A stretch of DNA of 64,000 nucleotides. Source: Spirochaetales bacterium. GTDB lineage: Bacteria; Spirochaetota; Spirochaetia; SZUA-6; JAFGRV01. The position numbers and the translations under genes are program-made. The stretch spans positions 1,041 to 65,040 of the forward strand of contig JAFGHO010000067.1 of NCBI GenBank assembly GCA_016930085.1. The letters are read 5' to 3'. Positions 1 through 9,772 of this stretch are shown here, in pieces. Each line of letters opens with the position of its first letter. The stretch's first letter is position 1. The notes under the pieces are model-generated. The model made no database searches, was not told where the DNA came from, and saw only the letters and a list, made by a program, of their open reading frames with translations.

Positions 1-336
1 CTGGTTTTTTCCCTTATACCGAAAATTATCATCAATCCGCCCGGGATAGACTGGTTCGACAAACTCCTCCATACCTCCGTATATACGGTATTGGGAGTTC
101 TTTCGTTTTTGTCGTTTATCGGGGAGAGGCGCTCTGTGATACAAAAGGCGGTGCTTCTTGTTATTCTGCTTTCCCTTTATGGCGGGATTATCGAAGTACT
201 GCAATCCTTTACCGGAAGGACTCCGGATATCTTCGATTTTTTTTCCGATTCGATAGGCGCATCCGTCGGTGTCGGGTCCTGTTTCGTGATATGCTTCCTC
301 AAAAGGAAATCGAAACACCACGCGGGAAACCTCTGA
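1..336 (+). CDS. VanZ-family membrane protein (5' truncated by window edge)
   Basis: Frame is open from base 1. It contains WFDKLLH, YGGIIEVLQSFTGR and D..D..GA motifs typical of VanZ-like proteins. Confidence 0.8.
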   Translation: MVFSLIPKIIINPPGIDWFDKLLHTSVYTVLGVLSFLSFIGERRSVIQKAVLLVILLSLYGGIIEVLQSFTGRTPDIFDFFSDSIGASVGVGSCFVICFLKRKSKHHAGNL

Positions 337-420
337 AATTCCGTCACATTCCCTTGCCCTGAAACTCTTTTTTTCTTAAATTTACCAAATAAGTAATCTA
401 ATAAGAGGAGTAAGGAAAAA

Positions 421-843
421 ATGTTTAATAGAATAGTTATATTAATGATTTTATTTTCATTTTCCGGTTGTTTTTCGGAACCGAATAACAGCAGAGGGGA
501 GGGAGAACAGATGGTTAAGACCATAACACCCGAGTCCGCATATAAACTCGTCCTGGAGAATGAGGGAAAAGATGATTTTCATATTCTCGACATCAGAACT
601 CCGGCAGAATATGATGACGGCCATCTGGAGGACGCCATTCTCCTCGATTATTATTCAGCCGCATTCGAGGAAGAACTCGATAAACTCGATAAAAACGCGA
701 CCTGGCTTGTTTATTGCAGAACCGGAAACAGAAGCGGAAAGGCGATGAGTATATTCGAACGGCTGGGTTTTCATCGTGTATACAATATGGGAGAGGGGAT
801 CGTCGGCTGGAAACGGCTGGAATATCCCCTCGTCTCGGATTAA
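421..843 (+). CDS. Rhodanese-like domain protein, probable lipoprotein
   Basis: ILDIRTPAEY..GHL and LVYCRTGNRS active-site loop; N-terminal signal ending FSGC; GAGGAG upstream. Confidence 0.85.
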   Translation: MFNRIVILMILFSFSGCFSEPNNSRGEGEQMVKTITPESAYKLVLENEGKDDFHILDIRTPAEYDDGHLEDAILLDYYSAAFEEELDKLDKNATWLVYCRTGNRSGKAMSIFERLGFHRVYNMGEGIVGWKRLEYPLVSD

Positions 844-854
844 CGGCCCGGGCG

Positions 855-1778
855 TTATGATATGACCGTGCGGAGAAAGGAATAGGCCGAGGTAATCCGC
901 TTGCACATTTCAAGTCCTTCCGGATTAATATCTGGATGATAGGTTTTCATGAGGGTGACGTATCGCTTTTTCAATCGCTTCCGGGTTATAAGACCTGATT
1001 CGAGACCGAGTATTCTTTTTGCCCGTGTGATGTCGGAGACGGGTTTTTCATCCTGTTCGGAATCGTTATTTTTATTTATGAAGGAGTGCAGTTTTTTTTC
1101 GATGAACAGAAAAAGTCCGCGGGGATCGAAAATATGGCGTTGAAACAGCGAATAAAGATATGCCGGGACGGTCGCGTATGCGGTTGTATCGAGGTGTTTT
1201 TTTTCTATAAAACGTAAACAGGCTTTTTCGATCATCGGCCCGAGAGAGAAATATTCGGCGTAATACATATCGAGTGCGCGGTAAAAATCTCCTGCGACGC
1301 CGTACATGGATGTAAAATCCTCATGGTGTATCGAATGGGCGGAAAGCCGGGCATTGACTTCAGAAATAAAACATTCCATCAGTTCGATTCTGTCCGAATG
1401 TGGAATAAAGAGTCCGGCCTTTACAAAGGCTTCTTCGATCCTCGATCCGTTACGGCGGGGTAACGGCGGATATTCGCTTCTGGAGTCCTTTTTATCGATG
1501 AGCGGTAATCGTTCGATCTCCTCGAGAAGGGCAATGAGATTTCCCGCATCGTTATCCGTAAATAAATCTATCATGTCGAATAAGGGAAGGTTGTCCTTTT
1601 CACGGTAGAGTGTTCTGTAAAACTCGGCCGGATCGATATCGAGAAGCCGGATCAGGTTGTCGGTGGGAAGACGCCACCTGCCGTCCCTCGTGAGAGACGC
1701 TTTTATCGTTTCGATAATCCGTTGAACCCTGTATTCCATTACGGTGCCATTATACAGGGTATAGCGTTTTTTTTCCAT
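855..1778 (-). CDS. Protein with C-terminal DnaJ (J) domain
   Basis: C-terminal AKRILGL...LKKRY..LMKTYHPD..ITSAYSFL with intact HPD. Start placed at MEKKRY. Confidence 0.8.
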   Translation of the reverse strand: MEKKRYTLYNGTVMEYRVQRIIETIKASLTRDGRWRLPTDNLIRLLDIDPAEFYRTLYREKDNLPLFDMIDLFTDNDAGNLIALLEEIERLPLIDKKDSRSEYPPLPRRNGSRIEEAFVKAGLFIPHSDRIELMECFISEVNARLSAHSIHHEDFTSMYGVAGDFYRALDMYYAEYFSLGPMIEKACLRFIEKKHLDTTAYATVPAYLYSLFQRHIFDPRGLFLFIEKKLHSFINKNNDSEQDEKPVSDITRAKRILGLESGLITRKRLKKRYVTLMKTYHPDINPEGLEMCKRITSAYSFLRTVIS

Positions 1779-1825
1779 AGGTCCGCCGGGCGCGGTACCC
1801 GGGAATGAGGCCGTCGGGAGTTCTG

Positions 1826-1854
1826 TTGACAATTAATGTCTCTGACGGTAGTAT
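1826..1854 (+). promoter_or_regulatory. Sigma70 promoter of the bactofilin-TPR-mtaB operon
   Basis: TTGACA-17 bp-TAGTAT, followed by GGAGGA RBS and ATG at 1877. Confidence 0.7.
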
Positions 1855-1876
1855 AGTTGCGGGAGGAGGAAAACGT

Positions 1877-2254
1877 ATGCTTGAAGTAAGGATAAAAAAG
1901 GTCGAGGAAAACAATATCGATACCATTCTGGCCGACGATATCGATTTTACCGGTATGGTGAGTTTCAACAAACCGCTTATGGTAAAAGGCAAGATCAATG
2001 GTGAAATCGATGCCAGTGGAGATCTGTATATTGACGAAGGGGCGGAAGTAGAGGCGCAAATCAAGGCACATATCGTTTCCGCAAAAGGGAAAATAAATGG
2101 CAATATCACAGCGGATGCGAAGGTGGAGCTCTTTTCCACCGCCATTGTGACCGGTGACATTGTGACCCCCGAGATTGAAATCGAAAGCGGTGCGCGGTTT
2201 AACGGGAATTGTATTATGAAGGGAAGCGGACAGGGGGATAATTATGGCCGGTAG
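1877..2254 (+). CDS. Bactofilin (polymer-forming cytoskeletal protein)
   Basis: TILADDIDFTG..VKGKINGEI..LYIDEGAEVEA..GDIVTPEIEIESGARFNGNCIM beta-helix pattern. Confidence 0.92.
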   Translation: MLEVRIKKVEENNIDTILADDIDFTGMVSFNKPLMVKGKINGEIDASGDLYIDEGAEVEAQIKAHIVSAKGKINGNITADAKVELFSTAIVTGDIVTPEIEIESGARFNGNCIMKGSGQGDNYGR

Positions 2255-2873
2255 ATTGCGGAGGTTCATTCTTGTTTTCTGTTTCCTTGTTCCGATAGCC
2301 GCGCTTGCGCAGGAGAAACCCGACGCACTCGCTTTGTACAGGCAGCAGAAATATGCCGAGGCGGAAAAGGTATGCCTTGCGGAACTGGAGGAGACGCCAA
2401 AACGGCTCGATTCCTATGTCGTTTTAGTGTGGGCGCTTTTAGCCCAGAAAAAATACGAAGATGCGGCCAGATATACGGAAAAGGCACTCAAGATATCACG
2501 CTATGACAAGAGAAATATATATAGCGCCGTCGAAGCGTATTATTATCTCGGCGACAACGACAAAGCCCTGAAATATTGTGAAGAATACGTTTCCATTGCC
2601 GTTGCGGATAAAAACATAAGTATCATTTATAATTATATGGGAGAGATTTTTATACGGCTGGGCGAGTTCAACAATGCGGATATCGCGTTCTCGACGGCCC
2701 TTCACTATGACAACAAGCAGGCGGACTGGTGGGCGCGGCTGGGATACGCGCGCGAGATGGGCAAAAATTACCGGGCGGCACTCGAAGCCTATGAGAACGC
2801 GCTGAAACTCAACCAGGACCATTCGGAGGCAAAACGGGGGAAAAAATCGGTTGAACAGAAACTGGCGGAATGA
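2244..2873 (+). CDS. Exported tetratricopeptide repeat protein
   Basis: Signal peptide ending ALA-Q; several TPR repeats (e.g. WARLGYAREMGKNYRAALEAYENALKLN). Confidence 0.88.
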   Translation: MAGRLRRFILVFCFLVPIAALAQEKPDALALYRQQKYAEAEKVCLAELEETPKRLDSYVVLVWALLAQKKYEDAARYTEKALKISRYDKRNIYSAVEAYYYLGDNDKALKYCEEYVSIAVADKNISIIYNYMGEIFIRLGEFNNADIAFSTALHYDNKQADWWARLGYAREMGKNYRAALEAYENALKLNQDHSEAKRGKKSVEQKLAE

Positions 2874-2968
2874 GAGTGCTTGACGGATGAGAGTGTTTGT
2901 CGGATGAAAGTGTTTGTCGGATGAAAGTGTTTGTCGGATGAAAGTGTTTGTCGGATGAAAGTGCTGCT
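2866..2968 (+). repeat. 17-bp tandem repeat, about 6 copies, unit CGGATGAAAGTGTTTGT
   Basis: Units start at 2884, 2901, 2918, 2935 and 2952, plus a degenerate unit at 2866. The array spans the TPR stop and the mtaB start. Confidence 0.95.
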
Positions 2969-4310
2969 TCAAACACTCGGCTGTAAGGTCAATCAGGCCG
3001 AAGGCGAAGCGATTGCCTGTACGCTGCGCCGGCGAGGTATCAGCCTTGTTTCCGCAGGAGAAGAAGCGGACATCTGTGTCGTCAATACCTGTACCGTTAC
3101 CTCGAAAAGCGACCAGAAATGTCGCAGGGCCATCCGGTTCTCCGTCAAGGAGAATCCCCATGCGCTCATCATCATTACCGGATGTTACGCCGAGCTGGAC
3201 GGGCCGTATCTTTCCCGCATCGCGGAGAATGTCGTTGTCGTTCCCCAACACCGCAAGGCGGTTCTTCTCGATATGTTCGACCGTCTTCCCGTCAAAGCGT
3301 TTCTCGACGCTTCGATTGAAGAAAAAAAAGCATTCATCACCGGGTTCCTTGAAACCCGGGAAGAGCGATCTTTCACCGCGTGTTTCCGGTTTTATACGGA
3401 CGACGTTCTCCTCCACAGCAGGGCATTTCTCAAGGTCCAGGATGGATGCAGCTATCGATGTACGTATTGCAGGGTCCCGCTTGCAAGGGGCCCTTCGATA
3501 AGCCTTTCCCCGCAGGAAATAATCAGACGGATACGTTTCCTCGAGGAAAAGGGATTCAGGGAGATTGTCTGTACGGGAATCAATATCACCGACTACTGTT
3601 ATGGAAGTGAAACGCTTGTTTCCCTGTTAAAGAGGATTCTCGCTGAAGTCCGCAGCGCCCGTATCAGACTGACGTCCCTCGAACCCGAACGGATCGATAA
3701 TGAACTTGCGGATGTCCTCTCCGATACCCGTATTTGTTCCCATTTCCATCTTCCCGTACAGTCCGGTTCCGACCGGATACTCGGCGGGATGAAGCGCCGC
3801 TACAATGCGGAAAGGGTGAGGGAAACCGTCCGCCTGCTCAGGGCGGTAAAGCCGGATTGTTTTATCGGTGCGGATATAATCGTCGGTTTTCCCGGTGAAG
3901 GGGATGAAGATTTCGCGTTGACCCGGGAACTCATTACTTCGTGCGCATTATCCGCCCTGCATGTTTTTCCGTTTTCACCGAGAAAAGGAACGGAAGCCTG
4001 GCTTTTAACGCATCGCGTGAAAGCGTCGGTGGTGAAGAAAAGAGTTGCGGAGCTTCTCTCTCTCTCTAAAATCCTTTCGGATACCTATATTTCCGGCTTC
4101 AGGGGAAAAAGGGTCCGTGTCATACTTGAAAAAAGCCTTTATAATGATGATAATGGGAAGGTGATATTTCAGGGATTGTCCGACAATTATATACGGCTTT
4201 CCATCGCGGGTATTCCGGAAAAAGAGGCGGTAAGGGGCAGGCTCGCCGAGGCGGTTATCGAGAAAACCGGGGACCCGGTGAACGCACGCTTTTGCAGGAT
4301 GCTGATATGA
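2955..4310 (+). CDS. mtaB: tRNA t6A37 methylthiotransferase MtaB
   Basis: TLGCKVNQAE, VNTCTVT, ITGCYA, radical SAM RAFLKVQDGCSYRCTYC, HFHLPVQSGSD, DIIVGFPGE. Confidence 0.92.
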   Translation: MKVLLQTLGCKVNQAEGEAIACTLRRRGISLVSAGEEADICVVNTCTVTSKSDQKCRRAIRFSVKENPHALIIITGCYAELDGPYLSRIAENVVVVPQHRKAVLLDMFDRLPVKAFLDASIEEKKAFITGFLETREERSFTACFRFYTDDVLLHSRAFLKVQDGCSYRCTYCRVPLARGPSISLSPQEIIRRIRFLEEKGFREIVCTGINITDYCYGSETLVSLLKRILAEVRSARIRLTSLEPERIDNELADVLSDTRICSHFHLPVQSGSDRILGGMKRRYNAERVRETVRLLRAVKPDCFIGADIIVGFPGEGDEDFALTRELITSCALSALHVFPFSPRKGTEAWLLTHRVKASVVKKRVAELLSLSKILSDTYISGFRGKRVRVILEKSLYNDDNGKVIFQGLSDNYIRLSIAGIPEKEAVRGRLAEAVIEKTGDPVNARFCRMLI

Positions 4311-4659
4311 CCGGGCGGCGCCTGTTGCAGTAGGACCGGGAAGGGAATCACTGACGGTGGAAGAGAAAAAAATAACGGGGAAGGGTGAAATTTTGGATTT
4401 TTATGGAAAAAGAGATATATTGTTTATTAGAAGGATGTACGGCCTTCTCGCTGATTTATAATGTCATAACAAAAACAAAGGGGAAGTGATGCTCGGGATG
4501 AAGAAGTATGGCCGGCAACGGGCGGTGGAAAAGCCTTGCCTGCCGGAGTCGGAGGTTTTTTTCAGGATCGGGCGTGCATACTGAAAAAAATACAAACGGA
4601 AAGAGGCAACCCTGAAACGGGAAAGATGAACGATCGGATGGCAGAGGACGTCGAGGAGG

Positions 4660-5874
4660 ATGAATGAGATGGATAAGATGATTAATATGTTGAAATATAT
4701 TATACTATTCAGTATGTTCATGCTGGTGGCTGGCGTATATTCTTTTTCACAGGATGGGGGTCCGGTGAGTAAACAGCCGCCCTTTCTTCCCGTCAATCCG
4801 GCCGTCATGGCCCAGGGAGGGGCCTTTACCGCCGATGCAAACGGATACAATTCACTTTTTTATAATCCCGCGGGGTTTGCCGTCGGGGACGGAGGTCTTA
4901 CCATTGCCTCAATTACCCCGTGGGGCTACTCTGATCCTTTTACCCTGATGACGCTTCATCACAGTTCGAGTGTAAGTGCCGACCGCCTGCTGACCGACCT
5001 TGTTTCTTCGGGCGGATACGGGGGCGGCTATGCCGGGCTGATCAGTTTCGTCAAGGCGGGGCTTGGCATCGGTGCTGCATTTGTTTTCGATTCGTATCTT
5101 CACGGGAATGAAGAGTTGACACAGACGGACGGAAGCGTGCATATGACCCTCGGTTTTGTGCTGGGATACGCTTATTTGTTCACCTTTCCCGGATTCAGCC
5201 TCAGTATCGGGGCCGATGTCAGGCCCATGGCCCGGGTGTATGTTCCCGTTACCGAAACGCTCGCCGTGCGGCTTTTTGAAGAATATATCACGGGGGGAAG
5301 TGACGTCATCGGGGTGCTCGACAATGCGCCGGCTTTGAGCGGTATCGGTATCGGCTTTGATGCGGGACTTATCGCGGATTTCGGGATTATCAAATGCGGG
5401 CTTTCGTTCAGGGATATCGGGGGGACGCTTTTCGATTATCGTGAAAGCACGTTTGACGAAATCATGACCTCTTTGGCCGACTCGGGCGTCTTTCCCGAAG
5501 ACGCGGAGAAACCGGAGGAACGGTATATCATCCCCATGAATGTGAGTGCCGGCGTATCCGTTCATCCCGACCTCGGGGACCTGGAGGATATCGTTAAACC
5601 TGTTTTCCATCTGGATCTTCAGGATATTGTCGAAGTATTCGCCGAGCACAGGGATCCGTTACTTTTGCTTCACATCGGGGCGGAAGCGACATTATTCGAA
5701 ATATTCAGCCTCAAGGCGGGATTCGCAGGCGGTCATTTCAGTCTCGGTGCGGGTGTCAAGCTCTGGTTTCTCGATATAAATATGGCATTCTTTACCACCG
5801 AACGGGGAACAAGTGCCGGCGATGTCCCCAATTCGTGCTCTGCCATAGAAGTGGCCGCGCGGCTGGCACTCTGA
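4660..5874 (+). CDS. Putative outer-membrane beta-barrel protein (FadL/TraF-like)
   Basis: Signal peptide; AQGGAFTA..SLFYNPAG motif; amphipathic strands near the C-terminus (LHIGAEA..SLKAGF..SLGAGV). Confidence 0.6.
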   Translation: MNEMDKMINMLKYIILFSMFMLVAGVYSFSQDGGPVSKQPPFLPVNPAVMAQGGAFTADANGYNSLFYNPAGFAVGDGGLTIASITPWGYSDPFTLMTLHHSSSVSADRLLTDLVSSGGYGGGYAGLISFVKAGLGIGAAFVFDSYLHGNEELTQTDGSVHMTLGFVLGYAYLFTFPGFSLSIGADVRPMARVYVPVTETLAVRLFEEYITGGSDVIGVLDNAPALSGIGIGFDAGLIADFGIIKCGLSFRDIGGTLFDYRESTFDEIMTSLADSGVFPEDAEKPEERYIIPMNVSAGVSVHPDLGDLEDIVKPVFHLDLQDIVEVFAEHRDPLLLLHIGAEATLFEIFSLKAGFAGGHFSLGAGVKLWFLDINMAFFTTERGTSAGDVPNSCSAIEVAARLAL

Positions 5875-5937
5875 TTGAGGGGGTGAACGTCTCTATCTTT
5901 TATGCCGATTATGGCCGATAGAGAAAAGGAGGAACAT

Positions 5938-6558
5938 ATGGGGAAAATGAAAGCGATCATGATGGGGACGTGCGTCTGTCTTTTGCTGCTTATGCTGCAG
6001 GTCGCCTGCCAGGATCTGTATACCACCGGTATTTTCGGTTCTCTCCAGGACGACCCGAAGGACCTTTCGGACGAACGTCTGATCGATTACGGGTGGGACG
6101 CGTTGGGCACCGGTGAAAACAGCAAGATAGAAAAGGCTTTTGAAGCACTCGAAGACGCCCTGAAAGACTCCCCCAAAAATGCCGAAATGAATTACGTCGC
6201 CGCTTTCTGCGCTCTCGAACTTTCCGGCGTCACCGAAGTCATCATCAGCCAGCCGTCTGATTACACTGCCTTTAAAAACTCTCTCGATACCGCCTGTCTT
6301 ATCGACGCGGGAACATATTTCGACGCTGCTGCCGTCAATGGCGCTGATTTGAACGCGATCGATTCTTTTTTCTGCGGTACCGGAATACTTCTTAACGCGA
6401 CGGGAGGAGATTTTTCATTAATTCCTTTCGTCTTTGCGGCTCCATCGACACCGGAAGAGATAGCAGGTGTTGCTTATGCAACGGCGGGATTGACTGCAAT
6501 TAATAATGTAAACGCGGAACTGGGCTTAACGTTAATGGAATGTTTCCTTACTCCGTGA
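5938..6558 (+). CDS. Hypothetical helical lipoprotein
   Basis: AAGGAGGA RBS; MGKMK plus hydrophobic core plus QVAC lipobox. Confidence 0.7.
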   Translation: MGKMKAIMMGTCVCLLLLMLQVACQDLYTTGIFGSLQDDPKDLSDERLIDYGWDALGTGENSKIEKAFEALEDALKDSPKNAEMNYVAAFCALELSGVTEVIISQPSDYTAFKNSLDTACLIDAGTYFDAAAVNGADLNAIDSFFCGTGILLNATGGDFSLIPFVFAAPSTPEEIAGVAYATAGLTAINNVNAELGLTLMECFLTP

Positions 6559-6581
6559 TCAATAAAGCAAAGGATGTTCGT

Positions 6582-7730
6582 ATGGTAACGAGAAGACTAT
6601 TATATGCTATATTGCTGCTTTTTATTGCGGGAATCGGCAGTCTCTTTGCTTCGGGAGAAATTGAGCCCTCCCTTGTCCCCTCGAACGCCCGGTCCGCTTC
6701 TCTGGGCGGTCCGCACGCCGCTATGACGGACGACCACCGGACCATTTTCCATAATCCCGCCGGTCTGCGGACCGCGGAGTCCGGATTCCTCCTTTCCGAG
6801 TTGACCCTGCATCTGACGGGTCCGGTATTCGATGTCACGGGCGCGCTTTTGGAGGATTCGGATATCACGGAAAACTCTGAGCTTCTGGAATTGCTGACCA
6901 CCATCTACGCGGGGATGGAACTTGTCGGTCCTATCTCCTTTGCCTATATCGGGGGGGGATTCGGTTTCGGTATTTTCAACTGGGCCGATATCGAGTTTCA
7001 GACGCGCGGCTCCTACAACCTCCAGTTTTCGTTTCTGGAAAATCTCCTTCTGACGGCCGGTTACGCGTTCAGGGTTCCGATCGGAGAAACCACCCTCGAT
7101 ATCGGGGTGCAGTTGAAGGCGCTGGGCCGCGGTTCGACAACCAGTCTGATCCAGTCCGTGCTCGAAATCATGGAAACGGCGACCTCCGACCCCTTGCAGC
7201 TCCTTTTCGAAGGGGATTTTTACATTAGCAGCGGCGCGGGGCTCGATATCGGTTTGCTTTATACGATAGCCGATATTTTTTCAATCGGACTCGTTGCCCG
7301 CGACGCCTATACCCCGACCTGGCGGCTCCGCTTTGATTCACTCGAAGATTTCTCTGATCCCGCATCCGAATACGGCACCGTTCCCTGCGATCTTTCCTTT
7401 GGTATCAGGTTCGCCCTCCCCCTCGGAAGGCTACACTATTATCTCGGAGAACCGGTCCTGTATCTCGATTATACGGATATCCTCGATTTTCTCACGCACC
7501 CGGCAACTGCAAGAAACTGGTTTCTCCATCTCGGGCTGGGGCTGGAATGGCACATCCTCGATATTATCAGTCTTCGGGCCGGATTCGCGGAGGGATTGCC
7601 GGGGGCCGGACTCGGCGTTGATTTGACCTTCTTCACGATCGATGTAGCGATATTCGGGAGCGAGCTTTCAACCGAACCGTCATTCAGACCGGCCTATAAC
7701 ATGATAATCGGATTCGACTTTACACTATAA
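6582..7730 (+). CDS. Second FadL/TraF-like outer-membrane beta-barrel paralogue
   Basis: ARSASLGG..TIFHNPAGL motif; HLGLGLE..SLRAGF..GAGLGV strands parallel those of the 4660 ORF. Confidence 0.6.
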   Translation: MVTRRLLYAILLLFIAGIGSLFASGEIEPSLVPSNARSASLGGPHAAMTDDHRTIFHNPAGLRTAESGFLLSELTLHLTGPVFDVTGALLEDSDITENSELLELLTTIYAGMELVGPISFAYIGGGFGFGIFNWADIEFQTRGSYNLQFSFLENLLLTAGYAFRVPIGETTLDIGVQLKALGRGSTTSLIQSVLEIMETATSDPLQLLFEGDFYISSGAGLDIGLLYTIADIFSIGLVARDAYTPTWRLRFDSLEDFSDPASEYGTVPCDLSFGIRFALPLGRLHYYLGEPVLYLDYTDILDFLTHPATARNWFLHLGLGLEWHILDIISLRAGFAEGLPGAGLGVDLTFFTIDVAIFGSELSTEPSFRPAYNMIIGFDFTL

Positions 7731-7807
7731 CGGGATGTCAATCGCGGTAGTATGAGTCCTTTCAGAGAAAATGTTTAAAATAATGTGGTGAGGTCCTGTA
7801 AAAAGTG

Positions 7808-7836
7808 TTGACATGTCACGGATAAGTTGGTATATA
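7808..7836 (+). promoter_or_regulatory. Sigma70 promoter upstream of tRNA-Lys
   Basis: TTGACA-17 bp-TATATA with a TG extended -10. Confidence 0.6.
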
Positions 7837-7928
7837 GAACCTTGTATTATGATTTAAAAAAGCTGACCCGGGTTTTATAACAGTAACCGTAAAAATTCCC
7901 GGCACACTATATCGTTAGCAGGATAAAC

Positions 7929-8001
7929 GGGCCGCTAGCTCAGTAGGCAGAGCAACGCCCTTTTAAGGCGTGGGTCGAAGGTTCGAATCCTTCGCGGCTC
8001 A
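7929..8001 (+). tRNA. tRNA-Lys (anticodon UUU), CCA not encoded
   Basis: Acceptor stem GGGCCGC/GCGGCTC, D arm GCTCAGTAGGCAGAGC, anticodon arm ACGCC-CTTTTAA-GGCGT, T loop GGTTCGAATCC. Confidence 0.97.
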
Positions 8002-8006
8002 TAATA

Positions 8007-8035
8007 AAAGCAGGTGAGGTATCCTGCTTTTTTTT
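8007..8035 (+). terminator. Rho-independent terminator after the tRNA
   Basis: AAAGCAGG-N8-CCTGCTTT followed by a T run. Confidence 0.8.
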
Positions 8036-8355
8036 GTGCGCGCCCGTCAGGGTGCACCGCTTTAATGTGATTCTTAGATCATCGATGACGGGGACCATAC
8101 CGGTATCGGGTCTCATGAGCGTGTCAAGAAGGAGAGGTCCATGATCGGAATGGACCCGGCGTGAACACATCGTTTCGGCGTGATCGAGGGGCACTGAAGG
8201 CAGTCAATCCATAAAAAAAAGGATTTTGACCAAAGTAATACCGAAAAACTCTTGCAATTTCGCAAAGACTATATAATGATATAAGTGAGCCTCTATGACT
8301 ATTCTTTATTCATTATATATTACAGGCCTGAAAAGAGGAGGTAAGGAAGAGCGAT

Positions 8356-8871
8356 ATGGGAAAAACGTTTATCAAAAGAAAAACATATGTCATAGACAAA
8401 AAGTTTCAGTTCAGGTTTATTGCCACATTTCTTCTTTATATAGGGATATCTTTAATCATTTTTACCGTCGGTGTCGGTCTCTTTTACTGGTTTTCATATA
8501 TAGCGGGAGAAAATATTTTCAGTGAGTTTATTATCGTTTACAGGCAGATCGATGCAGTCGATAACGACGGGAATCACATCCTTGATGAATACGGCGATCC
8601 GGTAAAGACGACGGAACCCCTTCCCCCCGTCAATCGTATTCAGATCGTTCTCCCCGCGGTTCTTTTCAATAATATCATCATTATGATCATTATTTCCGTG
8701 CTTGGAATCTTTTACTCCCATAAAATAGCCGGACCGGTCTACAGAATCGATATGGAGATCTCAAAGGTTCTTGCCGGGGAAAAAGGGATCAGGATTAGGC
8801 TGAGAAGGAAAGACAAGCTTCAGAGTCTCGCGGAGAAAATAAATAAGCTTATCGAAAAAGCCGAGGGGTAA
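8356..8871 (+). CDS. Two-TM membrane protein with HAMP-like C-terminus
   Basis: Two hydrophobic helices; SHKIAGPVYRI...IRLRRKDKLQSLAEKIN. Confidence 0.7.
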   Translation: MGKTFIKRKTYVIDKKFQFRFIATFLLYIGISLIIFTVGVGLFYWFSYIAGENIFSEFIIVYRQIDAVDNDGNHILDEYGDPVKTTEPLPPVNRIQIVLPAVLFNNIIIMIIISVLGIFYSHKIAGPVYRIDMEISKVLAGEKGIRIRLRRKDKLQSLAEKINKLIEKAEG

Positions 8872-9037
8872 CGATAATTCCGTAAAACCACACTCACCTT
8901 TTCCATGTCTTTTCCCCGTTTCAAGCTTCACGATAACCGATGTCCCGGTAAGAATTCCGGCAATCCCGTACCGCTTTTTTCTCTCCGGTGCCCGAACACA
9001 ATTGACAAATTCGATGTTATCACGCAATGGTAGAGAT

Positions 9038-9772
9038 ATGGATAGAATCATTTTCGGGTATCATTCGATTGAAGAACGGCTTGAAAAAGGGGCGGGGAAG
9101 GCATGCCTGCTTTATTCAAGGGAAAAAGGAAGGTGCGGTCATATCATGGCACTGGCGGAACGGAAAGGTATCCGCGTGCAAAAGGTAAGTGAGGATGAAC
9201 TCGACAGACGATGCGAACGGCAAAAACACCGCGGTCTTCTTTTGATTATAGAAGGTATTCCGGAAGAACGGGTTGAAAAGGGGTCGTTTGTTGCCGAAAT
9301 CGATTCCCCCCATCCCGTTGTTCTCCTCCTTGACGGGATAACGGATCCTCATAATTACGGGGCCATTCTTCGTTGCGCAGACCAGTTCGGGGTTGACAGT
9401 GTGATCGCCCCGAAGCGGAAGTCGGCGCATGAAACGGGTGTAGTTCATGTCACCTCCGCGGGTGCTTCGGCATACGTCCGCCAGGTGGTTGTGGCGAATC
9501 TCGTGCATGCAATCGATCTTTTGAAAAAAGACGGATTCTGGATATACGGGGCTGATGCCGAGGGCGTGCCCGTTTATAATGTTGACCTTACCGGAAAAAT
9601 CGGAATAATCCTTGGAAGCGAGGGAAAGGGGATGAGACGGCTGGTACGGGAAGCATGCGATGCGATTATCGGCATCCCGCAGCGGGGGCATATCAATTCC
9701 CTGAATGTATCTGTTGCCGCCGGGATACTCCTTTACGAATGCAGGCGCCAACAGGGCCTTGAAAAAAAATGA
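9038..9772 (+). CDS. rlmB: 23S rRNA Gm2251 methyltransferase RlmB (TrmH/SPOUT)
   Basis: LDGITDPHNYGAILR, SAGA, LGSEGKG, SLNVSVAAGILLYE. Confidence 0.9.
   Translation: MDRIIFGYHSIEERLEKGAGKACLLYSREKGRCGHIMALAERKGIRVQKVSEDELDRRCERQKHRGLLLIIEGIPEERVEKGSFVAEIDSPHPVVLLLDGITDPHNYGAILRCADQFGVDSVIAPKRKSAHETGVVHVTSAGASAYVRQVVVANLVHAIDLLKKDGFWIYGADAEGVPVYNVDLTGKIGIILGSEGKGMRRLVREACDAIIGIPQRGHINSLNVSVAAGILLYECRRQQGLEKK

Noticed and set aside
2866..2968. Repeat array as CRISPR
   Set aside because: Units are contiguous 17-mers without unique spacers, and no cas genes are present.
4660..7730. TraF-like barrels as evidence of a conjugative element
   Set aside because: No relaxase, VirB4/VirD4 or integrase is present, and composition is host-like.
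7929..8350. tRNA-Lys as an integration site
   Set aside because: No integrase nearby, and I found no duplicated tRNA 3' end in the window.
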